64,000 nucleotides of DNA from an uncultured delta proteobacterium (GCA_963792965.1 CAWBYW010000030.1:64001-128000); one strand, 5' to 3'. Shown: positions 22,862 through 34,554, counted from the stretch's first letter. Notes: generated by a model from the sequence alone, not told the origin. Program-made: numbers and translations.

Positions 22862-24035
22862 TGATCTTCACATAGCCGATGGAAAGGTCCGAGGTATAGG
22901 CCGTAAACGAAGAGACCCCGGCATTGAGGTCGACGACGACGGCAAACTCACGGCCGCGCATAATCTCTTTGGCCTTTTCCTCGTAGCGCACGCCGCGCCC
23001 GATTCCGCCCGTGACCACCTCGACGTCCCCGAATGAGATGTCGGCCCGCGCAGGGTCAAAGTCTCCCGGGACGGAGCCTATCGCCCCCATGATCCGGCCC
23101 CAGTTGGGGTCCTCGCCGAAGAACGTGGTCTTGACCAGCGGTGAATTGGCGACCTGAAAGGCGACACGCCGGGCGACCTCTTCGGTGGGCGCCCCCTTTA
23201 TCGTGATCGTCACGAACTTTGTGGCCCCCTCGGCGTCTCTCACCAGGCCCGTGGCCAGCTCCACGAGTAGCTCCGTCAACTGCTGCCCGAACAGACGCGC
23301 AGAGCCGGCGTCGACTTTATGCGTTTTGTCGCCCCCCGACATGAGCAGGATCATGTCGTTCGTGCTCATGTCCCCGTCCACGGTAATCGCATTGAAGGAC
23401 GGCTGGGCCGCTTGGCGCAACGCTCCATCCAGCCCCCCGCTTTCCATGGGAAGATCGGTGACGACCACACAGAGCATAGTCGCCAGGTGCGGGAAGATCA
23501 TCCCGGCCCCCTTAGCGATCCCGAGGATCGTATAGGTACGGCCGTCGGCCGAAAAACATCGTTTCGCGCATTTGGGACGCGTGTCCGTCGTCATGATGGC
23601 GTGGGCGGCGCCGAGAAAACCCGTGGGGGAAAGTCCGGACACGAGCGCCTCGAGCGAACGGGTGATCCGATCCGCAGGGAGCCGCTGCCCGATTACGCCG
23701 GTGGAGGCGGCGATGACCGACTCCTCCGGGATCGAAAGCCGCCCCGCGCAGAGACCCGTGAGGTCCCGTGTATCCCGATCGCCCTCGGGCCCCGTACAGG
23801 CGTTGGCATTGCCGCTGTTGAGCAGAATCGCCCGCGGCGTCGTCTTCCCCATCCGCTCGATACTCAAGAGGACCGGGGCCGCCTTGACACGGTTTTCGGT
23901 GAAGAGCGCCGCGGCGCCGACGGGGGCGTCATTTATAATCAGCGCGAGGTCCGCCTCCGGCGTCTTTTTGATCCCCGCGGCGACCGCCGCGGCCCGAAAA
24001 CCCGGGCAGATGAGATTTGATTCAGGAGTATCCAC
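22842..24035 (-). CDS. argJ: Bifunctional glutamate N-acetyltransferase/ornithine acetyltransferase
   Basis: NSGNANACTG, ASTGVIG, IMTTDT, AKGAGMI.P.LATML, DGDMSTND, DAEGATK, DPNWGRI, VKINADYRS. Confidence 0.97.
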   Translation of the reverse strand: MDTPESNLICPGFRAAAVAAGIKKTPEADLALIINDAPVGAAALFTENRVKAAPVLLSIERMGKTTPRAILLNSGNANACTGPEGDRDTRDLTGLCAGRLSIPEESVIAASTGVIGQRLPADRITRSLEALVSGLSPTGFLGAAHAIMTTDTRPKCAKRCFSADGRTYTILGIAKGAGMIFPHLATMLCVVVTDLPMESGGLDGALRQAAQPSFNAITVDGDMSTNDMILLMSGGDKTHKVDAGSARLFGQQLTELLVELATGLVRDAEGATKFVTITIKGAPTEEVARRVAFQVANSPLVKTTFFGEDPNWGRIMGAIGSVPGDFDPARADISFGDVEVVTGGIGRGVRYEEKAKEIMRGREFAVVVDLNAGVSSFTAYTSDLSIGYVKINADYRS

Positions 24036-24247
24036 AGTATCCTTATCGTCGCCGTCTCTCTTGCGCCTTGGAGAAATTTATGAGTCGTTATGTTAAGAGC
24101 GCGACCTTCATGGAAATCGTCAGAGAGAGAACCGGCCTGTCGCTGTGGTATCGGACTATTTCAATGCGGCCCTTTGTCCGCAGGCGATTCAGGCCCTCAT
24201 TTTTCTCGTCGGGCCCCATGGAAAATACGGTCTCCCGTGGCCGTCGC

Positions 24248-27172
24248 CTATCCGTAGGCCTCTTCCTTTCCGTGGCACTTCTTATATTTCTTGCCGCTTC
24301 CGCAGGGACAGGGGTCGTTCCGACCGACCTTTGGCGTCTCCCGCACGACCGGCTTCTGCTTCTCTCCGGGGGGACGGGAGGCCGCCGGTGGATAGCCGCG
24401 GGGGGCCTCCCCTTCGGGGGTCTGTTCGGCGGCAGGTCCCGTAAATTCCCGGTGGACCAGCGTGAGCCGATCCTGCGCCGCCCGCGCGGCCGCCGTATCG
24501 TCTCGGGCGATCTGGACCCGGAAGAGCTTGGCAAGCACCTCCCCCTTCACGTTCTCGCCCATTTCCACGAAGAGGTCGTATCCCTCCTTCTGGTACTCGA
24601 TAAGGGGGTTACGCTGTCCGTAGGCGCGCAGCCCGATCCCCTCTTTCAATTGATCCATCGCCTCCAGGTGATCCTGCCACGCCTCGTCGAGAACCCGGAG
24701 CATGAGGATCCTCTCCAGCCGCCGCATGAGGGGCTCTCCGATGTGCTCCTCCTTGGCCTTGTATATAGAAACGACCTTGTCCAGCAGCCACTCGGAAAAT
24801 TCGAGCTGGCCCATCTCGGCAAGGCCGGGCTCGGAGAAATTGAGCGGGATTGAAAAGTAACGCATGACCGTCTCGGCGATCCCGATGGTATCCCAGTCCT
24901 CGAGGAAGCCCTTCTCGGAGGTGTAGGTATAGACGATCTCGTCGACCTTCTCCTCGATCATCTCCATGATATCTTCTTTGATATCTTCGTCGGAGAGTAT
25001 CTCCCGTCGGCGGGCGTAGATGACCTCCCGCTGCTTGTTCATCACGTCGTCGTACTCGAGCAGGGTCTTCCGGATGGAAAAGTTGTTGCTCTCCACCTTC
25101 TTCTGGGCGTTTTCTATGGCCCGCGTGAGCAGGGAGTGCTCGATGGCTTCGCCCTCCTCCATGCCGAGCCGATCCATCACCGACATGATCCGGTCGGCCC
25201 CGAAGATCCTCAAGAGGTCGTCCTCGAGTGACAGATAGAACTGGGACGACCCGGGGTCTCCCTGGCGGCCCGAGCGGCCGCGCAGCTGGTTGTCGATGCG
25301 GCGGCTCTCGTGCCGCTCGGTTCCGATGATGTGGAGCCCGCCGAGGGTCGGCACGCTCTCGCCGAGGACGATATCGGTGCCGCGTCCGGCCATATTGGTC
25401 GCGATCGTGACGTTCTTGGCCTGCCCCGCCAGGGCCACGATCTCGGCCTCCCGCTCGTGGTGCTTGGCGTTGAGGACCTGGTGGTTGATCTTCCTCATCT
25501 TAAGGAGCCGGGAGAGCTTCTCGGACTTATCGATGGAGGTAGTGCCGACCAGCACCGGACGTCCCTCCTCAAAGAGCTCGGTGACCTTGTTTGCGACCGC
25601 CAGGAACTTGGCGTTCTCGGTCTTGTAGATCAGGTCGGGATACTCCGACCTCCTGAGGGGCCGGTTGGCCGGGATGACCATGACGGGGAGTTTATAGACC
25701 TTATAGAACTCCTCCGCCTCGGTTTCGGCGGTGCCGGTCATGCCCGCCAGCTTCTCGTACATCCTGAAGTAGTTCTGAAGCGTGATCGTCGCCACGGTCT
25801 TCGTGGCCTTGGCGATGGTCACTTCCTCCTTGGCCTCCAGCGCCTGGTGCAGGCCGTCGCTGTAGCGCCGCCCCGGCATCATCCTCCCCGTAAACTGGTC
25901 GACAATGATCACCTCGCCGTTATTGACGACGTAATCGACGTCGGCTTCGAAAAGCGTATAGGCCTTCAACAGCTGGCCGAGGTTGTGGATCTTCTCCGTC
26001 TTGTCCTCATGCAGGGCCCCTTCTTCCCGCTTCTTCTCTTCCTTCTGCGACGGTGAGAGACTCTCGTCCTGCTCGATCTTGATATATTCTTCGTTAATGT
26101 CTCCGAGGTCGAACAGGTCCCCGACCGCCGATCGGATGATGGCCTGTCCCTCCTCGGTAAAGGAGACGTTGTGCTCTTTATCCGAGAAGATATAGAGGAG
26201 GCCCTCCTCGAACTCGGGCGTCCGTTTGTCCCGCATATAGATGCTCTCCCACTGGGTCATCGCCCGCTTGACCTCCTTGTGGTCGGCAATGTACTTGAGG
26301 AGCCGCTTGTTCTTCGGATCACCCCTCTCGACCCGGAGGAGGTTGGTCATCATCGTCTCCTCGTTGTCGTTCTTATCGGCCTCCATCGCCTTGGAAAAGA
26401 GGGTAGCCATGAGGTCTTTCTGCCGGGAGACGAGCCGCTTGATGAGGGGCTTGAGCTGATCGTACTGGTGCAGGTCCACGTCCACCTGGCTGGAGATGAT
26501 GAGGGGGGTCCTCGCCTCATCGATAAGGATGGAGTCCACCTCGTCGACGATGGCAAAGTGGAGCTCGCGCTGGACATAATCCGCGAGCTCGTACTTCATG
26601 TTATCCCGGAGGTAGTCAAAGCCGAACTCATTGTTTGTCCCGTAGACGACGTCGGAGGCGTACGCGATCTTACGTTCGGCGTCGTCCATGTCGTGGAGGA
26701 TGACGCCGACCGAGAGTCCGAGGAACTCGAAGATCCGTCCCATCCAGAGCCGGTCGCGCCTGGCCAGATAGTCGTTGACGGTGACGATATGGACGCCCTT
26801 TCCGGTCAGCGCGTTGAGGTAGGCCGCCAGCGTCGCAACGAGGGTCTTGCCCTCGCCGGTCTTCATCTCGGCGATCTTGCCTTCGTGCAAAACGACCCCG
26901 CCGATGAGCTGGACATCGAAGTGTCTGAGCCCGATCGTCCTGCGGGAGGCTTCCCGAACCGCCGCAAACGCCTCGGGGAGGAGATCGTCGGGCTCCTCAC
27001 CTTCCGCGAGCCTTTTCTTGAACTCGTCCGTCTTATTCCTGAGCTCATCGTCGGACAGCGCCATCATGCGTCCCTCGAGCTCATTGATCTCGTCGACGAT
27101 CGGGATGATCCGCTCGATCTCCCGCTCATTCTTCGAACCGAAAACCTTTTGCAAAAGGTCAATTATCGGCAT
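24248..27172 (-). CDS. secA: Preprotein translocase ATPase SecA (long form with SEC-C motif)
   Basis: [92 protein letters not shown]. Confidence 0.98.
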   Translation of the reverse strand: MPIIDLLQKVFGSKNEREIERIIPIVDEINELEGRMMALSDDELRNKTDEFKKRLAEGEEPDDLLPEAFAAVREASRRTIGLRHFDVQLIGGVVLHEGKIAEMKTGEGKTLVATLAAYLNALTGKGVHIVTVNDYLARRDRLWMGRIFEFLGLSVGVILHDMDDAERKIAYASDVVYGTNNEFGFDYLRDNMKYELADYVQRELHFAIVDEVDSILIDEARTPLIISSQVDVDLHQYDQLKPLIKRLVSRQKDLMATLFSKAMEADKNDNEETMMTNLLRVERGDPKNKRLLKYIADHKEVKRAMTQWESIYMRDKRTPEFEEGLLYIFSDKEHNVSFTEEGQAIIRSAVGDLFDLGDINEEYIKIEQDESLSPSQKEEKKREEGALHEDKTEKIHNLGQLLKAYTLFEADVDYVVNNGEVIIVDQFTGRMMPGRRYSDGLHQALEAKEEVTIAKATKTVATITLQNYFRMYEKLAGMTGTAETEAEEFYKVYKLPVMVIPANRPLRRSEYPDLIYKTENAKFLAVANKVTELFEEGRPVLVGTTSIDKSEKLSRLLKMRKINHQVLNAKHHEREAEIVALAGQAKNVTIATNMAGRGTDIVLGESVPTLGGLHIIGTERHESRRIDNQLRGRSGRQGDPGSSQFYLSLEDDLLRIFGADRIMSVMDRLGMEEGEAIEHSLLTRAIENAQKKVESNNFSIRKTLLEYDDVMNKQREVIYARRREILSDEDIKEDIMEMIEEKVDEIVYTYTSEKGFLEDWDTIGIAETVMRYFSIPLNFSEPGLAEMGQLEFSEWLLDKVVSIYKAKEEHIGEPLMRRLERILMLRVLDEAWQDHLEAMDQLKEGIGLRAYGQRNPLIEYQKEGYDLFVEMGENVKGEVLAKLFRVQIARDDTAAARAAQDRLTLVHREFTGPAAEQTPEGEAPRGYPPAASRPPGEKQKPVVRETPKVGRNDPCPCGSGKKYKKCHGKEEAYG

Positions 27173-27228
27173 ACTCTGTTCCTTATCATGTCATTTATTT
27201 CTCGTCGCAGGGCGCACGCCCTACAACT

Positions 27229-27261
27229 AAAACCCCGAAGGAGGTATACTCCATCGGGGTT
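27229..27261 (-). terminator. Hairpin, possible intrinsic terminator between the M23 gene and secA
   Basis: Minus strand AACCCCGA-TGGAG-TATAC-CTCC-TTCGGGGTT followed by TTAGTT. Confidence 0.45.
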
Positions 27262-27342
27262 GTTTATTCTCTCCTTATGAATCTCCCTTTCCCCGCCTTT
27301 TTATCCGTGCCCGGCGCCGTTGCTCCCCCGAAAGATATCCCG

Positions 27343-28260
27343 TCAGTTGAGGATATAGGTGCGCGGGTTGACCGTTACGCCATTGATCCTCACCTCATAG
27401 TGGAGGTGGGGACCGGTGGTGCGGCCCGTCATACCGATCGTTGCGATCTTATCTCCCCGCTTGACCTTGTCTCCCTCCTTGACGAGGATCGTATCAAGGT
27501 GGCCGTATCGGGTCGTGAGCCCGTACCCGTGATCGATGGAGAGAATCTTCCCGTAGCTCCCTTCGATCCCGGTGAAGTTGACGACGCCGTCGGCCGTCGC
27601 GTAGATAGGCGTCCCGACTTTATTGGCGATATCGAGTCCCTCGTGCATCCTCAACGTCTTGGTGTAGGGAGACCTTCGGTACCCGAAGGTTGAGGTGACG
27701 AACCCGCGAGTCGGCCAGATGGAAGGAGTGCGCGCCAACAGGTTCTTCTGATCCTCGAGGAAGCTGAGGAGCTCCTGGAGGTTTTCCTCCTGCTTCTTGG
27801 ATTCCTCCTGGAGGTTTTCGAGGTCTACCTTGATCTCTTTGATCATCGAGTCGTGGCGTTTGTCAAGCTCGGTGACGCTGTTACCCTCCTCAGGTGTCGG
27901 ACCGCCGACCCCGAACACATCGGTACCACCCGTCGGGGTCTCGCCGATGTTGGTAATGATGCGCAGTTTCTCGTCGAACTGCCGTATCTTTTCCATCTCG
28001 GCGTTGAGATCCTCCAGCTTAGAGGCAAATTCCCTGATCTGGTCCTTCTGAACGCGGTTCTCTTCCCTGAGCGAGTTGAGTTCCATGACTTTGAGGCGGA
28101 CGTCAAGGTAATTATAAAGCATGAAGACCGACGCAAGGGCAACTATGCCGGCCACGCCGGCGACGATATAGAGCGCGATGTCCGAGATCTTGAATCTGAG
28201 GACGTTCTGTGCTTTCTGGGGCACGATCATGATCGTGTAATATTTTTTGGGTCTCTTCAT
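27343..28260 (-). CDS. M23-family murein endopeptidase with N-terminal TM and coiled coil
   Basis: TPSIWPTRG.VTS.FG.R, HEGLDIA (HxxxD), YGHL, TGRTTGPHLHYEV (HxH). Confidence 0.92.
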   Translation of the reverse strand: MKRPKKYYTIMIVPQKAQNVLRFKISDIALYIVAGVAGIVALASVFMLYNYLDVRLKVMELNSLREENRVQKDQIREFASKLEDLNAEMEKIRQFDEKLRIITNIGETPTGGTDVFGVGGPTPEEGNSVTELDKRHDSMIKEIKVDLENLQEESKKQEENLQELLSFLEDQKNLLARTPSIWPTRGFVTSTFGYRRSPYTKTLRMHEGLDIANKVGTPIYATADGVVNFTGIEGSYGKILSIDHGYGLTTRYGHLDTILVKEGDKVKRGDKIATIGMTGRTTGPHLHYEVRINGVTVNPRTYILN

Positions 28261-28366
28261 GGGTTTACCTTATTGGACGTCTGTTAATCTGTCCGCGCGG
28301 CGCATATGTGCTCGATGAAAAGCGGCGCACGCGACAGAAAAGGGGCATATACTACCCCGACTTGTT

Positions 28367-28395
28367 TTTTTATCACGAAAAGGGGCCGATGTCAA
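28367..28395 (-). promoter_or_regulatory. Putative sigma70 promoter for the M23 peptidase gene
   Basis: Minus strand TTGACA-17 nt-TAAAAA with TG just upstream of the -10. Confidence 0.5.
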
Positions 28396-28471
28396 GAATA
28401 TTTCATCTCCATCACGCACAGCCGGCCGTTCGCCGACGGACGGGGAATGAGAATGGTCCGGCGATGAGGTC

Positions 28472-29839
28472 TCATGTCCTGTTCAGAATTTCTCCTTTCA
28501 TCTCCCCGACGGTGATCCCCTTCTTCCTGAGCGCATTTCTCATCGCGAGATAGTAAACGATCCCCCCGATCACCAGCACGAAGAAGAACCAGAACATGAT
28601 CGGGTCCGTCTTCCACAGCTCGCCGAAGAGCGCGACGATCGCGACGATAAAAAAGAGGATCCCGATGACGATGCAACCGACCAAAACCGGAGTCGGCACT
28701 TTGAATTTCGAGGCCGCGTACGCCTTCGGCATTTTTTTCTTGAGCATTACCGAGGAGATCAGCACAGGAATAAAGATCACCAGCCCCCCTATTGTCGAAA
28801 AGATCGCAAACGACTTCACCGGGACCCCGCTCAACACCGCGATGACGGAGAGCACCCAGATGACCGTCAGCATATTGATCGGCGTCCCGAACCGTTTGTT
28901 GACCCGCGTGAGGGCCTCGGGCAACAGCCCGTCCCTCCCCACGATCATGAGGGACTTTGTCCCCCACATGAAGGTGGCGTTAAGGGTCGTCGCGATGGCC
29001 AGCACCGCCCCGCCGACGACGAAGAAATTGAGCATGATCGGCGAAAGAAAGGCCTCGGCGGACACGGTCAGCGGCTTGTCCGCGCATGCCTCCCAACCCG
29101 TTACCCCCACGGCAACGAAGCTCATGGCGATGTAGATGACGGCTACCATCGGGATGGAGATGAGAAAGGAGATCGGGATCGTCCTCTCGGGCCGCTTGAT
29201 CTCCCCGCCGAGCTCGATGATGGCGTTTGCCCCCATATAGGGGAACGTTAGGAGCGCCGCCGCCGAGATGACCGAGACCGTCCCCTTAGGCATCATGACC
29301 TGGAAGTTCCCGAAATCGATATGGAAGAACCCAAGCACGATGTAGACCACGAGCGCCACGACCATTACCAGCACCATCACTCCCTGAAACTGTGCCGCGA
29401 AGCGGATTCCGAAGAGGTTTACAGCGTAAAAGAGTGTCAGGACAAGCGCCGAGGCGATCGGCACGTTTATGCCCGGAAGAAAATGCTTGAGGTATTCTAC
29501 CATTGTCATGGCGTAGAGCGGAAAAAAGCCAAGGAAAGCCCCGACGGCGTAGATCCACAGGCCCATGAAGGCCGCCATCGGTGAAAAGAGGCGGGAGGGA
29601 TAGGTGTAGTTGCCGCCCACCGTCGGGACGGCCGCTCCGAGGACCGCCAGTGGAAGCATGAAAAAGGCCACCGGGATCACGGCAAGCGTATAGGCGATGG
29701 GGAGGCCTGCGCCGCACATGCCGATCGCTATCCCCGTCATCGCAAAGACGCCCGCCCCAATCGTCTGTCCTACCTCGATGGCCACCACCTCTCCGAGCCC
29801 GAGCACCCTTTTGAGGCCGAGAACTCCCTCGTCTTTCAT
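28472..29839 (-). CDS. APC-family amino acid permease
   Basis: GGAGG SD before MKDEG; LKRVLGL...GQTIGAGVF, PTVGGNY, GGEIKRPERTIP, GRDGLLP..L..VNKRFGTP; about 12 TM helices. Confidence 0.9.
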   Translation of the reverse strand: MKDEGVLGLKRVLGLGEVVAIEVGQTIGAGVFAMTGIAIGMCGAGLPIAYTLAVIPVAFFMLPLAVLGAAVPTVGGNYTYPSRLFSPMAAFMGLWIYAVGAFLGFFPLYAMTMVEYLKHFLPGINVPIASALVLTLFYAVNLFGIRFAAQFQGVMVLVMVVALVVYIVLGFFHIDFGNFQVMMPKGTVSVISAAALLTFPYMGANAIIELGGEIKRPERTIPISFLISIPMVAVIYIAMSFVAVGVTGWEACADKPLTVSAEAFLSPIMLNFFVVGGAVLAIATTLNATFMWGTKSLMIVGRDGLLPEALTRVNKRFGTPINMLTVIWVLSVIAVLSGVPVKSFAIFSTIGGLVIFIPVLISSVMLKKKMPKAYAASKFKVPTPVLVGCIVIGILFFIVAIVALFGELWKTDPIMFWFFFVLVIGGIVYYLAMRNALRKKGITVGEMKGEILNRT

Positions 29840-29962
29840 AGCAACCTCCCTCGTGGGTAATGGTACTATTTTCGCCCATTTGACGTTCAAAGGTCAAGGA
29901 TAAACCACGGGCGGGCGGGATTTCACGTAACGCCGCCGGATAGTGTGGCCTTCTTTAAAAGC

Positions 29963-29991
29963 TTGACTTATCCGCTCTATTCATATAGCAT
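29963..29991 (+). promoter_or_regulatory. Putative sigma70 promoter for the ftsB-like gene
   Basis: TTGACT-17 nt-TAGCAT, 27 nt before the ATG at 30019. Confidence 0.6.
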
Positions 29992-30018
29992 TAATTCAGT
30001 ATCAATATTTCAGTCATT

Positions 30019-30297
30019 ATGAATACCAGACGCATCGTTATCATCACCGCCCTTATCGTGACGCTTGCCGTGTTAATTGTTGCCGCGTTCGGCAAGCGGG
30101 GTATCTTCGCGCTCGCGAGCCTGAGCGACCGGAAGGAAAAGCTCACTACGGAAATCCAGCGGCTGAAATCGCAAAATGAAGGGCTCAGGCAACAGCTCAA
30201 CAGACTGGAGCGACCCGACTACCAGGAGCAAACCATCAGGGCTCAAATGGGAATGGCGCGCGAGGGTGAGGTCATTTATATCTTCACCACAGAGTAG
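30019..30297 (+). CDS. ftsB: FtsB/DivIC-family septum formation initiator
   Basis: N-terminal TM, FGKRG, coiled coil, C-terminal EQTIRAQMGMAREGEVIY matching the FtsB E..AR..LG..K.GE motif. Confidence 0.8.
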   Translation: MNTRRIVIITALIVTLAVLIVAAFGKRGIFALASLSDRKEKLTTEIQRLKSQNEGLRQQLNRLERPDYQEQTIRAQMGMAREGEVIYIFTTE

Positions 30298-30300
30298 ACG

Positions 30301-32155
30301 ATGTTTTGTAACCTGTGCGGGGCCAACATCCCTGACGGCTCCCCCCAGTGCTCCAAATGCAAGAATTTCTTCCCCAGGAACCTCGGCAGCTATTCCTATA
30401 AAGCCGTTCTTACCTCGTTTGCCGACTACAACGCAAAGAAAGAGACCGCAAAATACCTCGCCGCCCACACCCCGAGCGCGAGCCTATCGGAGATCATCAA
30501 GAAGCTCGATTCCGTCCCGCTGATCGTCGCCAAGGAAGTGGACGCCGCAAAGGCGCGAGAGCTTGAACAGACGTTCGCCCGCCTCAGGGCGCGCCTCAGG
30601 TTCGTCCCGGTCTTCAGGAGCGAAGAAGAAAAGCAGCGTCTCATCGCGGACCTCAGAAAGCCGCTCAAGCATTCGTATGTCGAAAATAGGGAGCTCCCGA
30701 TACCGAAATCGGTCGAGCGCCTGGAGACGGAGCCGAAGAAATCCGTCGTCAGCGCGAGGTTTATCCTTATCGCGGTATCGATTCTCCTGTTGGCCGTGAT
30801 CTTCGGTGTGCTGCCCCAGTACTATAAGAGGTTCTACGAAGAGCAAAAGCGAGAGCGGCTCGCACCTTTGAACCCGACGCCCGAATCAGTCGTCCCATCC
30901 CCGAAGAAAACCGGCGACGTCGAAGCGCCGCCCGAGGCCGCAAAGCGAAAGATCCCCGTCATCGTGCCGGAGATCATCCCGAAGCCTCAGGACCCGACGG
31001 CCCAGGAGGGAATCTCCCTCTATCAGAGGGGCCTCTACGCCGAGGCGTTGAAAAAGTTCCTTTCGGCCTTGACGAAGGACCCCCAGGACGAAACCCTCAA
31101 AAAGAATGTTGCCGCCTCCTATCTCGCCCTCGGGCTGGAACAGATCAATAAAGAGAACTTCGAGGACGCCCAGAGCTATATCACTGCGTCTCTCAAATAC
31201 TCGGAGGAATACGAGGCCTATGAGGGCCTCGGATACATCGCCGAAAAGAAAAGCGACTACGCGTCGGCGGAGAAGTACTACAAGAAGGTCCTTCAGCTCA
31301 ACCCCGGCGCGGATGAGGCCATGCTTTCTCTCGGGGTCGTTTACTATTACCAGGAGAGGCTCGACGAATCGCTGACCCTCCTTTCGAAATTTTCTGCAAA
31401 GTATCCGACGAATGAAACCGCGAAATACTATATCGGCAAGATCCAGCGCGAAAATCCGGTCGAGAGCGATCTGGTCACCCGCGAGACGGGACATTTTATC
31501 GTCAAATATGCCGGATCCTCCAAGAACCTCGTCGCCGACTTCATCCTGCCCATGCTCGAGGACGCTTACGCCACCGTCGGCGCAAAACTCGGGTACTACC
31601 CGGACCACAAGATCACCGTGATCCTCTACACGGATCGAAGAATTTACGGCCGCAACCGACCTGCCCGGCTGGGCGGGGGCGGTCTTCGACGGAAAGATCA
31701 GGATACCGATCAAGGGGATCTCCCAGTCGACCGACGATCTCAGGAAAATGATCCTCCATGAATACACCCACGCGGTGGTCTTCGACATCGCCGGCGAGAA
31801 CTGCCCCACCTGGCTCAACGAAGGGCTGGCCCAGATGATGGAGGGAGCGCCGACGGACCAGGCCGACCATCTCGTCATCGATTACATGAACCTCAAGGGG
31901 AAGAACCTTCCGCTCGAGTCCCTGGACGGCAGCTTTACCGACATGCCGGCCGACAGCGCCTATACCGCATATATGATGAGCCTTTCGGCCACGAACTTCC
32001 TGATCACCAAATATGGGATGAGCTCGGTTACGGGGATCCTTGCTGATATCAAGAACGGCAAGACCATCGATCAGGCAATTAATGATACGCTGCTCCTCTC
32101 GTTTGGTGACTTCGTCGACCGATGGGTGGTCTACCTCCAGAATAGGCAGGGCTGA
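30301..32155 (+). CDS. Zinc-ribbon / TM / TPR / zincin (peptidase MA-like) protein (frameshift near 31636)
   Basis: MFCNLCG...QCSKC; TM; TPR-like repeats; after removing one extra base YTDEEF...PGWAGAVFDGKIRIP joins ILHEYTH...PTWLNEGLAQ. Confidence 0.82.
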
Positions 32156-32243
32156 TGGGACATCGACGCCCGCTATGGGGTATGCGAGGTATTCGTGAGC
32201 GTCCGCGACGGGATTATTTTAGGATTTCTTGAGAGGGATCAGT

Positions 32244-33777
32244 ATGACCAGGGCGATCATTATCGGGTCCGGCATGTCCGGCCTCACCACGGCGGCTTAC
32301 CTTGCAAAAGAGGGGTGCGCCGTCCAGATCTATGAGCAGTCAGCGACCGTCGGCGGCGTCACGCAGACAATTAAGCGGGACGGCTTTTCGTGGGACATGG
32401 GGCCGCTCGTCGTCGAGGGCCTCGCGACAAAACCAGCCGGGCGGGCTCGTCCTTTCCCAGATCGGGGTCTTTGACCGCGTCCCGACCGTCTTGGGCGATC
32501 GGGGTGTCTCATTTCCCGACTTTCGCGTCTTTCACCCCGCGGTCTACGGAGGACCCTACTGGCGCCGGGAGCGCCTCACGGAGCTCTTCCCAAAGGAGGC
32601 CGGCGCCATCGATCGCTTCTATGAGCTCATCGATAGGGTGACGGATCTGGTCGCCCTCGAGCGGCGGTCAGTCGTCTCGGACGGGCCGGCGTCCCTCGCC
32701 CTCAAGATGGGGATGCTCGCGAAATTTCTTCCCATCAAGAAATACGAGACGTGGACGGCCGAGCGTCTCATGGATCACTATTTTTCCGATCCGAAGCTCA
32801 AGGCGTTCTTTACCGGGATCCTGGCCGACCTCGTGGTCAAGCCCTCGGAGTTCATCGGGCTGGGCATCCCCTACTTCAACATGGACTGCTTCATGGAGGC
32901 GCGCATCCCTTCCACGAAGGTCTTCGGCGTCGCCCCGCGGATCGGCAGTTTCTTCATTAAGGGCGGTATAAAGCATCTCTCCGGCACGATCGCGGATCGG
33001 ATCGTCGAGCTGGGGGGGCGCATCTTTACCAAGAGCCCCGTGAAAAGGATCATCACGGAAAAGGAGAGGGTCACGGGTGTCGAGCTTGTGGGCGGAAAGC
33101 GTATTGATGCCGACCTCGTGCTCGTATCCGGCGGCGCCCGGGAGTGTTTCTTCGGGCTGATCGGACGCGATCGTCTGCCGGCAGAGTTCGCCGCGACAAT
33201 CGACGACATCCCGCTCATGGAATCGGTCTTCATGGTCCAGCTCGGGCTGACCATGGACCCGACCCGGTATCAGGATCGGTCGCTCGTCTATTATTATAAT
33301 ACGTACGATATCGAAGGAGACGTGCGCGAGCTCAGGGCGCGCCATTATCACGAGGGCAAAGAAGGCTTTTTGATCTTCATCAACTCGATGCACTCGCCCG
33401 AGATGGCCCCGAAGGGGTGCCACTCGGTGACGATCTACACCGTTGCCCCAAGCGAGCTGGAGGGTGGCTGGGAGGGCCGAAGGAAGGAGATGACCGATAA
33501 GCTCCTGATCGAGGCCGAAAAGATTATCCCCGGCCTGAGGAAGCATACTAAGACAATGGTGACCCTCACCCCCGACGATTTCAAGAAGATCGCCTACACG
33601 CCCGATCACCACTCCTTCGGCGGGATCTGCCCGGTGATGGGCAGGCCCGGCGCGCCGCATAAGACGCCCTACCGCGGGCTCTGGTTCATCGGGGCGCAGA
33701 GCGAGGCGGGGGGCGGCGTCACGACCCAGCTGATCTCGTCAAAGAAGGTGTTCAAGATGCTGAAGAAGGAGATATAG
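32244..33777 (+). CDS. Phytoene desaturase-family FAD-dependent oxidoreductase (frameshift near 32427)
   Basis: AIIIGSGMSGL...YEQ...VGG...RDGFSWDMGP dinucleotide-binding fold; IKGG; MAPKG; TPDDF; TPYRGLWFIG...GGGV. Confidence 0.82.
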
Positions 33778-33881
33778 AGGCTCCCAGGAAAATCGGTGGC
33801 TCGATTCTTTTAGACCGGTTCTTACGTGAGGCGCCGCATCTCGGCACGAGTGACGATACCATTACACATGAGGAGAAAGCG

Positions 33882-34554
33882 ATGAATGTGACCAAGAATA
33901 TCACCACCGTCACCTGTCCCCACTGCAACCACACGACGACCACGGACGTGAGCCTCGATGGGCTCGCGGCGGGGCAAAAACTCGTCTGTGAAAAATGCGG
34001 CAAAGAGATCGTCATCGATCGGTCCGCACTCGCAAGCGCGGAGAAGATGCTCGAGAATCTCCCCATCCAGGACATCCTGAACAAGGCTACCGTAAGTGAG
34101 ACCTCGCTGTCGCTCTCGTGCCCGCACTGCAATACCATGTCATCCTACAAACTGAGCCTGGAAGCAGCTTGCCGATGGCCGGAAGGTCTTCTGTTCAAAT
34201 TGCGGCAAGGAAATAGCGGTAGACCGGGAGAAGCTGCAAAAGGCCGAGGATATTCTCAAAGGGCTGAAAATCCCCACGGGGGACGGCAAGACCGAGACAC
34301 TCGACGCGGATGGGAACAGAGTCGTCATCCAGACGACAACAAAAACATACAACCTGAGCTCAAAAGATATAACCGATCCCGGCGACGTCGCCGAGGTCGT
34401 CTCGGGAGAAATCCCTCCGGGGACAGGCGCCCCGACGACTCCCCGCGCCATCGGGCCGAAAGGGGGATGCTTCGGGGTGTTGGCGATGCTTTCTTTTCTA
34501 ACGGCTACTGTTTTAATCCTTAGTCTATTTATTATTAATCACATCTATGCCTAG
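33882..34554 (+). CDS. Tandem zinc-ribbon protein with C-terminal GGC + hydrophobic tail (frameshift near 34161)
   Basis: AGGAG SD; two repeats CPHC-x20-CxxCGKEI; the corrected frame ends KGGCFGVLAMLSFLTATVLILSLFIINHIYA*. Confidence 0.72.

Noticed and set aside
32244-33777. Carotenoid biosynthesis cluster
   Set aside because: Only one CrtI-like oxidoreductase with no crtB/crtE or hopanoid genes nearby; the family has many unrelated substrates.
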